Positions 8,846-17,340 of a stretch of 29,335 bases of DNA are shown here, one piece after another. The notes below the pieces were generated by a model. It worked only from the letters and a program-made list of their open reading frames with translations. It had not been told where the DNA came from and searched no databases. The DNA lies in NCBI GenBank assembly GCA_016840165.1, contig JAEOSU010000092.1:1-29335 (forward strand), read 5' to 3'. This DNA comes from Promethearchaeota archaeon. Lineage in GTDB: Archaea; Asgardarchaeota; Lokiarchaeia; Sigyniarchaeales; SOKP01. Position numbers and translations under genes: made by a program. Numbering within the stretch: the first letter of the stretch is position 1; each line of letters begins with the position of its first letter.

Positions 8846-9841
8846 TCAATATTGAAATTCATCGAGAGAAGAGACATACTCATTTAATTCAACAGGAATA
8901 GAGCGAAGTTTATTATTTTTTAAGTTTAAGATTTTTAATTTTTTCAAGTTTAGAATTGAACTCGAGATATGTTCAATCTCATTTTTACTTAAATCTAACT
9001 CTCGAAGGTTTATTAATGAGTATAGAATGTTAGGGATGATTTTAATACCGTTTGAGCTTAATTTTAGAACTTTTAAATGATTCAAATTTCCGATTGAAGG
9101 AGGAATTGCAGTAAGATCTTCAAATTTTACATCATATTGTTTATGTAGAGATAAAAAGGATGGTAAATCTTTGATTTTCCTAAAGCTTTCAATAATATCT
9201 TGATTCTTTTTTAGATAGAGCCAATTGTAAAAGGTGAAATATAATTTTTTTATGTGGTCATTTTTTATATTAATAAATGGTTTTAGAGATGGAATTTCTG
9301 CCATGTATTTAAAATATGTAAATGATTCATTTGATATCTCATAGCTTTTGATGTTTTTAGCAAATAGGCATTCAATATCCAAAAAAAACTTGGCTTCTTC
9401 TGGAACAACCCCCACATTATCTGCATAATCTAACAACCAATTTTGTATTTCGTTAATTATTTCATCAGAAGTTTTTTGATCATTAGATAAAAATAGCCTA
9501 ATGAGAGTGTTTAATACGACAGGAGAGGAATCATGTCGAATAGTCCATATTATTGCATCTTTACCATATTTAAGAAGAGATTTTGAGATTAGATCTGCTG
9601 CTGAGCTCCGAACAAACTGGTTTTCATCTGAGAGTAAGCATCTTTCAATCGTCTTGTATATAGTTTCTGCGTTTTCTTTTTGTAAACCTACTTTTCGAAT
9701 AGTTGCTATACATTCTCTGCGTAAATCAGGATTATTGCTTTTCTCAGTGAGCGAGATTAAAAGGTCCAATGCCAAAAACCTATTAATTTTTCCGCGGGAA
9801 AGGTCGATAAAAATTGCTTCTGGAGTTAAAGAGTCACTCAT
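8846..9841 (-). CDS. HEAT-repeat plus C-terminal leucine-rich-repeat protein
   Basis: HEAT-like segments (LLSDENQFVRSSAA, IRHDSSPVV) and LRRs (LKVLKLSSNGI, LRELDLSKNEI, LKILNLKNNKL). Confidence 0.85.
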   Translation of the reverse strand: MSDSLTPEAIFIDLSRGKINRFLALDLLISLTEKSNNPDLRRECIATIRKVGLQKENAETIYKTIERCLLSDENQFVRSSAADLISKSLLKYGKDAIIWTIRHDSSPVVLNTLIRLFLSNDQKTSDEIINEIQNWLLDYADNVGVVPEEAKFFLDIECLFAKNIKSYEISNESFTYFKYMAEIPSLKPFINIKNDHIKKLYFTFYNWLYLKKNQDIIESFRKIKDLPSFLSLHKQYDVKFEDLTAIPPSIGNLNHLKVLKLSSNGIKIIPNILYSLINLRELDLSKNEIEHISSSILNLKKLKILNLKNNKLRSIPVELNEYVSSLDEFQY

Positions 9842-9971
9842 TACTATTTTTGCTTGGAACCTATATCTTGAATAAGAGAATACTATTCTTGATGATTTAT
9901 ATAATTTTATTGAAAGATATTAGATAATAAAAAAAATAAAAAAATTATTGTAGATTATTGTTTTTTTGTAT

Positions 9972-10421
9972 TTAATCGTATCTCTTGCGTGTAAATAATA
10001 ACCAGAAAAAGCCTAATATACCTAACACGAATGCAACTATTGTAATATAATTAGGCCAGTAAGCTACGTCGAAGGATGCGGGATTAGCTATCCAACCTAT
10101 AATAGGTGATATACTGGTAACTGCCATGATGCTAAGAACTACTAAACTTATTCCTAGGGCATACTCCTCTTCCCTAAACATCCCAATACCTCCTATAATT
10201 GCCCAGAATCCTAATATTGCAGATATTAACCCTTGAGCACCAAAAAAGGTTAATGCAGAAGCTAAATCTGGATCAGTAGCAAAGTCGGAAAGCCAAGTTG
10301 GTACAACAATACCTGCCCATGCTAAGAATTGCATTGCAGCAACGAATAAAAAGACAAGCCCAATAATGATTAGGAGGATATTCAATAATTCATTTGAATC
10401 TTTTTTTTTTACTTCACTCAT
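9972..10421 (-). CDS. Hypothetical 4-TM membrane protein
   Basis: 149 aa with four hydrophobic helices. SD AGGTTGA upstream. Confidence 0.8.
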   Translation of the reverse strand: MSEVKKKDSNELLNILLIIIGLVFLFVAAMQFLAWAGIVVPTWLSDFATDPDLASALTFFGAQGLISAILGFWAIIGGIGMFREEEYALGISLVVLSIMAVTSISPIIGWIANPASFDVAYWPNYITIVAFVLGILGFFWLLFTRKRYD

Positions 10422-10659
10422 TGAAAATTCAACCTTTCTTCATTTAATATTAAATTAAATGTTAAAGAAGAAAAGATTACCCAGTTATATAAATTTAATT
10501 TATTTAGATTATGATAAAAATATAAAATAGATTCTATAATTGATAAGTCATCTCTTTATGGCAACTTTTATAAGCCTATAAATTAAATTCCTAAGTAGAT
10601 CTATTTATAAAATGCGAATAATTTTCCTACAAAGTTATAATTTTAAGAGAAAGATAAAA

Positions 10660-12198
10660 ATGAAAACTTACGAAGAATATGTCCAAGACTTGCTAAAAAT
10701 GAAACCAAACATCTACATCGGCGATGAGGTGGTTGGAAGAGATGATCCTCGAATACAAGGCGGCATGCGAATCATTAAAGAAACCTATGATCATGTGAAT
10801 GAGCCCGAATGGGAGGACGTTTGTACTGCTACAAGCCATATTACTAATAAAAAAATTAATCGATTTACCCATATTCACCAAAGCGAAGATGATTTACTGA
10901 AAAAACAAATGATGACACGCCAATTATGTCATAGAGTAGGCGGATGTATCCAGAGATGTATGGGGATCGATGCACTTAACGCACTATCAGTTGTCACCTA
11001 TGAAGTCGACCAAGCAACTGGGTCAGATCATTATCAACGGTTCTTAAAATATATGGAATATTTCCAAGAAAATGATCTTGTTGCAAGTTGCGCTCAAACT
11101 GATGCCAAGGGAGATCGTCTTAAGAGACCCCATGAACAAGAGGATCCCGATCAATATTTAAGAGTGATTGAGACCCGTGAAGATGGCATCATTGTACGAG
11201 GATGTAAGGTGAATATTACAAATACTCCCTATGCGCATGAAATGGTTGTGGTTCCTTGTCGATATATGGGTCCCGAGGACAAGGATTATGCGGTAGCATT
11301 CGCCTTACCTGCAGACTGGGAAGGCGTAAAACTCCTTACTAGGCCTGCGAATTTTAGAAAGAGTAAATTTTATGAAGCTCCAGGCTTAGAGATCGGCGAT
11401 GCTGAGACATTTATTATTTTTGATGATGTTTTTGTACCAAAAGAGCGAGTATTCTTAAATGGTAATGGAGATCCTAGGCAAACGCCTTATGCGGGCTTTT
11501 TGGCGCTAATGTTTGCTCATTATCATCGACATAGTTATACTGGGTGTAAGCCTGCGGTTTCTGAAGTCCTTGCGAGTGCTGCTTCGCTGGTAGCTGAATA
11601 TAACGGCATTGAAAACACATCTCATGCTAAAGATAAAATTTCACACATTATCGGAACCGCTGAACTTGTTTTTGCTGCGGGAGAATCAAGTGCGAAACAT
11701 TCGGAGAAGGCACCTTCGGGCACCCAAGTTCCTGACGAGATTCTTACTAATGCAGGGCGAAGATTGGCAGGAGAGATGATATATGAAGAATATAAAATAC
11801 TCTCTGATCTTTCAGGTGGTATAATTGCTACTTTACCGTTTGAAGAAACTTTTTACCATGAAGAAGTTGGTGAATTGGCTATGAAATATTTAAAAAGGAA
11901 TCCCCGAATAAAACCCGAATATATGCTTCGCTGTTTTAAAGGTATTGAAAATTTAGGTGTTTCTGATCTTGCTGGTGTAATGCAAGTTGCGGGATTACAT
12001 GGAGGAGGGAGCCCTCAGATGGAAACCATCACTATGATGATGCGTTATGATACTGAAAAACTGAAAGATATTGCAAAATATCTCTTTGGGATTAAATCAA
12101 AGTTAAATCCATATGAAAGACCTACAGTTACTCCTCGAAAACAATTGGAAAAGTTCCGTAAAGCAATGATAAGCAAAAGAGAACGAGAAAATCAATAA
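10660..12198 (+). CDS. abfD: 4-hydroxybutyryl-CoA dehydratase/vinylacetyl-CoA isomerase-like protein (HpaB/AbfD family; FAD and [4Fe-4S])
   Basis: Fe-S ligand motifs GGCIQRCMG and YHRHSYTGCK, plus TDAKGDR and HGGGSP. The family-typical N-terminus MKTYEEY favours ATG 10660 over 10612. Confidence 0.85.
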   Translation: MKTYEEYVQDLLKMKPNIYIGDEVVGRDDPRIQGGMRIIKETYDHVNEPEWEDVCTATSHITNKKINRFTHIHQSEDDLLKKQMMTRQLCHRVGGCIQRCMGIDALNALSVVTYEVDQATGSDHYQRFLKYMEYFQENDLVASCAQTDAKGDRLKRPHEQEDPDQYLRVIETREDGIIVRGCKVNITNTPYAHEMVVVPCRYMGPEDKDYAVAFALPADWEGVKLLTRPANFRKSKFYEAPGLEIGDAETFIIFDDVFVPKERVFLNGNGDPRQTPYAGFLALMFAHYHRHSYTGCKPAVSEVLASAASLVAEYNGIENTSHAKDKISHIIGTAELVFAAGESSAKHSEKAPSGTQVPDEILTNAGRRLAGEMIYEEYKILSDLSGGIIATLPFEETFYHEEVGELAMKYLKRNPRIKPEYMLRCFKGIENLGVSDLAGVMQVAGLHGGGSPQMETITMMMRYDTEKLKDIAKYLFGIKSKLNPYERPTVTPRKQLEKFRKAMISKRERENQ

Positions 12199-12203
12199 TT
12201 AAA

Positions 12204-12226
12204 TATTTTTTTAATTCTTTTTTTTA
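12204..12226 (+). terminator. Archaeal oligo-T terminator after abfD
   Basis: T-runs immediately after the stop codon, between convergent genes. Confidence 0.45.
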
Positions 12227-12229
12227 CAT

Positions 12230-13192
12230 TTATAAAAGACAAAGTGAAAACTTCTGTGTATCAGAGAGTTCTTTTAAGTGGATATCCGAATCATCTTGAA
12301 TAAATTGAGCGAGCGGGATACCTTTTTCGTAGAGTTCATTAAATTTATCGTAGAAGATTTGAAAGATATTTTTATTCCGAGATATATAAGATCCAATTAA
12401 TCGATTGGTAGGATCGAAACTCGGTTGTATTAATTCATTATCAGTAAGATTAAAGTTGCTGAAATCGTCATAAGTCACATGAACACTTATTGATTTAAAT
12501 TTTAAATCATATTGAAAAAGATGTTCGGTTAAAGTATCAAAGTCATGGCTTAATAATAACTCTTTTATTAGCTCAGCATTGAAAATAATCTGCATATTGA
12601 GATTTTTTAAATTATTAGAGATTTTAATCATACCTGTTCTCATAGAATTCTTAATTTCGACTGGTATATCCTTAGTTCCAAATTTCTTTATAGTTTCTAC
12701 TAATTCATTATCATAGCGTATACCTATTGCAATTTTACAAACTTCTTTACTTAGAAATGAATGATAGGTTTCATCTAAACTCTGTAAATTATATTTAATG
12801 AACTCGACAAATTCTTGGGTTATAGGTTCACCTAGATTAAAAATTTGAATAAACTCATCAACTGCCTCTTCTGCTTTTTCCTTTTCCTCTTGGAAAAGCA
12901 TTGTAAGCTCCTCGATCCGTCTATTAACGATTTTTTGCCATAATGGGATTATCGGAGTCGCTAAATGAATTTTCATTGGTCGATCATAGATTTGTACTAG
13001 TTCTAATTCATTTAAAACCGCACAGATCTTATATCCACGCTTTAATGTAAGATTATATTGGGCTGCAACTTCATTCAGGTTATCAATTCGTTTATTTTTA
13101 AGAAGATGATGATAAATTTTTTCAATACCCTTTTCTATTATCCCTATTGCATCGAATAAAGAACTAAGCGCCAAGAATTCTCTGTTTTCCAT
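12230..13192 (-). CDS. TrmB-family transcriptional regulator (N-terminal wHTH, coiled coil, C-terminal effector-binding domain)
   Basis: Pattern 'IGI..KIYHHLL....NEVA....LT....Y.....L.EL.LV...RP' followed by a coiled coil. The C-terminal 'NIFQIFYDKFNELYEKG' helix is typical of TrmB effector domains. Confidence 0.7.
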   Translation of the reverse strand: MENREFLALSSLFDAIGIIEKGIEKIYHHLLKNKRIDNLNEVAAQYNLTLKRGYKICAVLNELELVQIYDRPMKIHLATPIIPLWQKIVNRRIEELTMLFQEEKEKAEEAVDEFIQIFNLGEPITQEFVEFIKYNLQSLDETYHSFLSKEVCKIAIGIRYDNELVETIKKFGTKDIPVEIKNSMRTGMIKISNNLKNLNMQIIFNAELIKELLLSHDFDTLTEHLFQYDLKFKSISVHVTYDDFSNFNLTDNELIQPSFDPTNRLIGSYISRNKNIFQIFYDKFNELYEKGIPLAQFIQDDSDIHLKELSDTQKFSLCLL

Positions 13193-13200
13193 ATGATCAC

Positions 13201-13728
13201 CTACAATTCTGTTTTCTCTAAGGTTAATTCTGTGAGTACTTCGAACGTTTTAGTGACATTCTGACCTGTTTTGCTTGAAATCTCTCCAAATGAGGCCATT
13301 TTATGCTTTTCAGCTATTTGGATACCAAATTCTCTCGTAATTTCACGTTGTTCATCAGCCAGATCTATTTTAGATCCAACAAGCATAATTGGGATATCAC
13401 CTCCCTTTTTACGGACAATATTGACCCACTCGCTAATATTGTCAAGGGTTTGTGGTCTTGTAATATCATAGAGCAAAAAGGCAGCATTCGCACCTAAACA
13501 ATAGGTTGGTAAAAGAAATCTAAAGCGTTCCTCTCCTCCAACATCCCATATTTGTAGTTTAATTTTCTTTTTTTGTAATTCAACTAGTTTAACGTGAAAA
13601 TCGACTCCGATCGTTAACCGTTCGGAGGGATTAAAGATATTATAACAATATCGCTTAGTAAAGGACGTTTTACCAACCGAGGCATCTCCGAGCAGGAGTA
13701 CCTTAAACGTATAATCATATGCCGAAAT
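13201..13728 (-). CDS. Rab-like small GTPase, 175 aa (the ORF track shows only the C-terminal 91 aa). Putative ATT start.
   Basis: Manual translation upstream of 13476: (M)SAYDYTFKVLLLGDASVGKTSFTKRYCYNIFNPSERLTIGVDFHVKLVELQKKKIKLQIWDVGGEERFRFLLPTYCLGANAAFLLYDIT...SKID...SSK. G1-G5 and RabF-like motifs are present. An in-frame TAA lies at 13744-13746. Confidence 0.9.
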   Translation of the reverse strand: MSAYDYTFKVLLLGDASVGKTSFTKRYCYNIFNPSERLTIGVDFHVKLVELQKKKIKLQIWDVGGEERFRFLLPTYCLGANAAFLLYDITRPQTLDNISEWVNIVRKKGGDIPIMLVGSKIDLADEQREITREFGIQIAEKHKMASFGEISSKTGQNVTKTFEVLTELTLEKTEL

Positions 13729-13953
13729 TCCTATACCACCTTTTTATTTTGGTTAAACCTCAATTTTTAGGATCGAATTTTCTTAGTTTACTTAATAGAT
13801 ACCTAATCCTTCCTATTTCCAATAATCAAATAAATCCTAATCGATAAAATTAATATAATATTATAATCAAAAATGTCGTTTTTAATTCTTTACATTTTTT
13901 AGAATTAGCGAGAAAAAAAATAATTTCTATTGATAAAGGGCAAAAATAATATT

Positions 13954-14520
13954 TTATTGGGAGTGAAGGATTTGCTTTAAATTATCATAAATAACGGGAT
14001 TCAACTCTTTATCTAGATGTTCTCGAAGTTCTGAATCAATAATTGAATTATTTTTATGTTGACTTAAAAATCGAATTACACTCCACCGTACTGAGTCATC
14101 GGGATCTTCAATCAAGGGCAGTAAAAATTTAATGTATTTTGTATCGTTATTATCCGTTATTTTCATTACTGCTTTTGCACGAATGATAAAATCGGGATTA
14201 TATAATTCAGGTAATAGGTGATATTCAACCAAACCGTCCTCGGTAAAATTCAATATAAATTGAAATAATTCCTTTTTAAACTCATGTGCTTTATCTAATT
14301 CTTTGATGAGTTTTTTAATGGTTAATTGGGGGATCTTGTTACCAAGTTTTAGAAGACTTTCAAAGGAAATGAAGAAATTGTCTGATATATCATATTTCAA
14401 ATAATTTAATAGCTTTCTTATAATTTTGTCGTTCACTTTCGAGACTTCTATGACGTCCCAGTTGTCATGTTCTTTGATAGGTTTATTATCCCCCAAATAA
14501 TTCACGTTGTAGTTATCCAT
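13954..14520 (-). CDS. HEAT-repeat protein
   Basis: Repeats LYNPDFIIRAKAV, LIEDPDDSVRWSVI and LDKELNPVI. Confidence 0.8.
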   Translation of the reverse strand: MDNYNVNYLGDNKPIKEHDNWDVIEVSKVNDKIIRKLLNYLKYDISDNFFISFESLLKLGNKIPQLTIKKLIKELDKAHEFKKELFQFILNFTEDGLVEYHLLPELYNPDFIIRAKAVMKITDNNDTKYIKFLLPLIEDPDDSVRWSVIRFLSQHKNNSIIDSELREHLDKELNPVIYDNLKQILHSQ

Positions 14521-14595
14521 AATTTAAACTTTTAAAATTATATAAAAATTGGTGACTGCTTTTAATTAATTTATTATTAAATCGAAAATAAATGA

Positions 14596-14730
14596 CTAAT
14601 TTTTCACTGGGATAATTAGATATAAATATATTTTAAAAGTAAGGTATATATTTTAAGTATGAGAAAATTCTAACGTCATGTAGTGAAAATTATTCTTTTA
14701 GGCCTCATTATCCCAGTCTCCTAAAAGAAT
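14596..14730. other. Candidate structured intergenic/5'-leader element: hairpin 14692-14730 whose loop is complementary to 14606-14616
   Basis: ATTCTTTTAGG (14692-14702) pairs with CCTAAAAGAAT (14720-14730). Loop segment ATTATCCCAGT (14707-14717) is the exact reverse complement of ACTGGGATAAT (14606-14616). Confidence 0.35.
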
Positions 14731-14793
14731 TTTTATTTACGCATGAATTATTCATTTTATATTCTTTTTCATACATAAAAAGGTTAGATTTAA

Positions 14794-16233
14794 TTGAATG
14801 ATTTATTCTCAGAAATTGATGATATTTTCCATTCGAAATCTCTTGCAGTTTATGGTGTGAGTAGAAAAGGCGGTTTGGGAAATATTTTACTACAAGGATT
14901 TATTGATCAAGAATTTCCTAATATATATATTATTAATCCCAAAATAACTGAACCTAACGTTGAAATAATGGGAGTACCTGTCTTCTCAGATTTGAAATCC
15001 ATTGATAAGCCAGTAGATCTAGTTATATGTTCTACTCATCCTAAATATGTTAAGGATATCATTATTGAATGTGGTCAATATGGAGTAAAAGCAGTAATAA
15101 TTTTTTCAGCCGGATTTGGTGAAAAGGGAGAAGAAGGGAAAAAAGCTGAAGAAGAATTATTAGAAATTGCTCGAAAGTATCAAATGAGATTAGTTGGCCC
15201 CAATTGTATGGGATTTTATTGTCCAGAGACGGGTTTATCGTTCTTTCCAGCCCTACCAACAGAATCAGGTCCGTTAGGATTCATTAGCCAAAGTGGTTCA
15301 ATCGCTAATATTATGGCTTTTGTTTCAATGTTGAAAGGAATTCATTTCTCAAAATCTATAAGCTATGGTAATAGCATTGATTTGGGTTTCAACGATTTTT
15401 TAGAATACTTAGGTGTTGACCCTAATACTCATCTAATAGCATGTTATATAGAAGGTGTAAAAGATGGAAGAAGATTTATTGAATTAGTAAAAAAAATAAA
15501 CAAACCTATAATTATCTGGAAAGTTGGAGTAACTCCTGCGGGATCAAAAGCAGCTCATTCCCATACAGGATCTCTATGTGGAGATGATAAAATATGGAAT
15601 AATCTTTTTGATCAATATGGGGTGTTCAGAGTCTATAATTTGGAAGAAATGGTTAGCACGATCCAAGCATTCATCAACCCCATGCCCGTTAAAAATCGTC
15701 GAGTTGCTATCATTTCAGGACCTGGGGGCCCCGCAGTATCATCAGCAGATGCGTGTGAAATGAATAATTTAAAGTTAGCAGATTTGACCAAAGAATCAAA
15801 AATGAAGCTCAAAGAATTTATTCCTGAATTCGGCTCAAGTATGTCTAACCCTATTGATATAAGTCTTCAAGCAACATTTGATCCAATATTGGAAAAAAAA
15901 ACCTATGAAATCGTGGGAAAAGACCCTAATGTTGATATGATACTTATTTATTTGACTATGTTGACTCCCAGATATAAGGATCTGATAGAATTACAAGAAG
16001 AGATTTCCAAACCAGTCGCTCTTGTATCTGCTATAGACGTTAATGTCTCGGCAGATTCTTTTAGTAGTACGGTTAGACGTTCTTTTATACATATAAGAGC
16101 CAAAAAGGTTCCTGGTATCATAAAAGAAATGAATGAGAAAGGGATTTCAATACATCCAAACGAACATCTAGCCGCTAAAGCGCTTTATAATATTTATCGA
16201 TTTTATAATTTTAAGAAATATCCGAAAGATTAG
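14794..16233 (+). CDS. acdA: ADP-forming acyl-CoA synthetase alpha subunit (CoA-binding plus ligase domains)
   Basis: Motifs FSAGFGE, GPNCMG, SQSG, phospho-His motif SHTGSL, SGPGG and NPID. TTG start with AGGTT upstream. Confidence 0.88.
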   Translation: MNDLFSEIDDIFHSKSLAVYGVSRKGGLGNILLQGFIDQEFPNIYIINPKITEPNVEIMGVPVFSDLKSIDKPVDLVICSTHPKYVKDIIIECGQYGVKAVIIFSAGFGEKGEEGKKAEEELLEIARKYQMRLVGPNCMGFYCPETGLSFFPALPTESGPLGFISQSGSIANIMAFVSMLKGIHFSKSISYGNSIDLGFNDFLEYLGVDPNTHLIACYIEGVKDGRRFIELVKKINKPIIIWKVGVTPAGSKAAHSHTGSLCGDDKIWNNLFDQYGVFRVYNLEEMVSTIQAFINPMPVKNRRVAIISGPGGPAVSSADACEMNNLKLADLTKESKMKLKEFIPEFGSSMSNPIDISLQATFDPILEKKTYEIVGKDPNVDMILIYLTMLTPRYKDLIELQEEISKPVALVSAIDVNVSADSFSSTVRRSFIHIRAKKVPGIIKEMNEKGISIHPNEHLAAKALYNIYRFYNFKKYPKD

Positions 16234-16258
16234 TAAATGTCAATCGAAAATGATCAGA

Positions 16259-16663
16259 TTAATCTCCTTGAACTTGCACATATACACTTCTACTTCGGGG
16301 GCCATCGTATTCAGTAAACATAATTCCTTGCCATGTACCTAGCACGATACGATTATCGTGGATAAGGACCTCTAAAGAAGGACCAGTAAGACTCGATTTA
16401 ATGTGTGCATCAGAATTGCCTTCTAGATGAGAAAAACTTGAACTTCTCGGAATTAATTGTCCTAAAAAATTCACAATATCTTTCATAACTGCGGGATCGG
16501 CATTTTCATTGATAGTAATTCCGGCAGTAGTATGAGGCACGAAGATTCTGCATACTCCTTCTTTGATATTTGAATTCTTAACAATTTTTCTTATCTTATC
16601 TGTGATTTCTATTAAAACTTCTCGTTGTGGCGTTTTAACATTTAATTTTTGAAATATTATCAT
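16259..16663 (-). CDS. yjbQ: YjbQ/UPF0047 family protein (secondary thiamine-phosphate synthase)
   Basis: Motifs PHTTAGITINENADP, GNSDAHIKSSL and LGTWQGI..EYDGPR. Confidence 0.93.
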   Translation of the reverse strand: MIIFQKLNVKTPQREVLIEITDKIRKIVKNSNIKEGVCRIFVPHTTAGITINENADPAVMKDIVNFLGQLIPRSSSFSHLEGNSDAHIKSSLTGPSLEVLIHDNRIVLGTWQGIMFTEYDGPRSRSVYVQVQGD

Positions 16664-16702
16664 AAGCTTTTATAAGTTAATACAATATTTTAATGTTAAA
16701 TC
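16664..16702. promoter_or_regulatory. 39-bp bidirectional promoter region for two probably leaderless genes
   Basis: TTTTATAA at 16668-16675 (for the + gene) and TTAAAATA on the minus strand at 16686-16693 (for yjbQ), each 25-35 nt from its ATG. No SD on either side. Confidence 0.45.
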
Positions 16703-17332
16703 ATGAGTAAAACTATTGGTTCTGCTGCGTTATACAAGGAATATATGCAAAAAATAGGGGATAGATCGGAATTATTTGAATTATTAGGAAGTGAATATAC
16801 TATTAAAAGTGCTATATATCCCGGAAGTCATATCGATATCACTCCTTCACTTTTTTATTATAGAACGACATATATAGATAATTTTAAGAAAGCAGAAAAA
16901 TTCTTTGCAAAACCCGATTTATTAAACTATATAGTAAAAAACAAAAAATATGAAGAGGATCCAATTGTCAAGTTTTATTTTAAAGACTATCGCAAAGATA
17001 TTAATGAATTAGTCAAATCTTTCGATTTACTAATATCCCTTTATGCTGGTATTGTATCAAAATATTGTAAGAAATATTTAAAGCAAGGAGGTATACTATT
17101 AGTTAATAATTCCCACGGTGATGCGAGTATGGCGAATTTAGATTCTAACTTTAAATTAATTGGGATAATCAATAGGTCTAATAAGAAATTGTACTATAAT
17201 CAGAAAAACTTAGAAACATATTTTATCCCTAAAAAAGAACGTGAAATTACAGAAGAATATTTAGAAAGAACAATGAAAGGGATAGGGTATAAAAAAACAG
17301 CCAGCTTCTATTTATTTAAAAAAGTCATTTGA
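16703..17332 (+). CDS. Conserved hypothetical protein, possibly class I SAM-methyltransferase-like fold
   Basis: 209 aa. 'AIYPGSHID', 'FDLLISLYAG' and 'LKQGGILLVN' resemble MTase motifs I-III. Confidence 0.65.
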   Translation: MSKTIGSAALYKEYMQKIGDRSELFELLGSEYTIKSAIYPGSHIDITPSLFYYRTTYIDNFKKAEKFFAKPDLLNYIVKNKKYEEDPIVKFYFKDYRKDINELVKSFDLLISLYAGIVSKYCKKYLKQGGILLVNNSHGDASMANLDSNFKLIGIINRSNKKLYYNQKNLETYFIPKKEREITEEYLERTMKGIGYKKTASFYLFKKVI

Positions 17333-17340
17333 TTATTGGA

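Noticed and set aside
10660-12198. abfD plus oxidoreductase as evidence of a 4-hydroxybutyrate carbon-fixation cycle
   Set aside because: No other cycle enzymes are in the window, the context is catabolic, and the active site appears to deviate.
12230-12244. TrmB C-terminus ...LCLL resembling CaaX
   Set aside because: The Cys is third from the end, not fourth, and nothing else supports it.
13760-13822. 20-codon TTG uORF (MEIGRIRYLLSKLRKFDPKN) upstream of the GTPase as an alternative frameshifted start
   Set aside because: It is in a different frame, ends in its own TGA, and a further stop in the GTPase frame follows. It has no GTPase similarity, and the SD+ATT explanation is simpler.
14591-14624. 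AUGA...GA hairpin resembling a eukaryote-type SECIS (Lokiarchaeia encode selenoproteins)
   Set aside because: It lies 5' of two divergent genes rather than in a 3' UTR, has no apical AA and a short helix, and I found no gene in the window with a plausible in-frame Sec UGA.
14626-14656. Direct repeat ATATATTTTAA x2 with 20-bp period
   Set aside because: Pure A/T and only two copies, so expected by chance. Not a CRISPR array.
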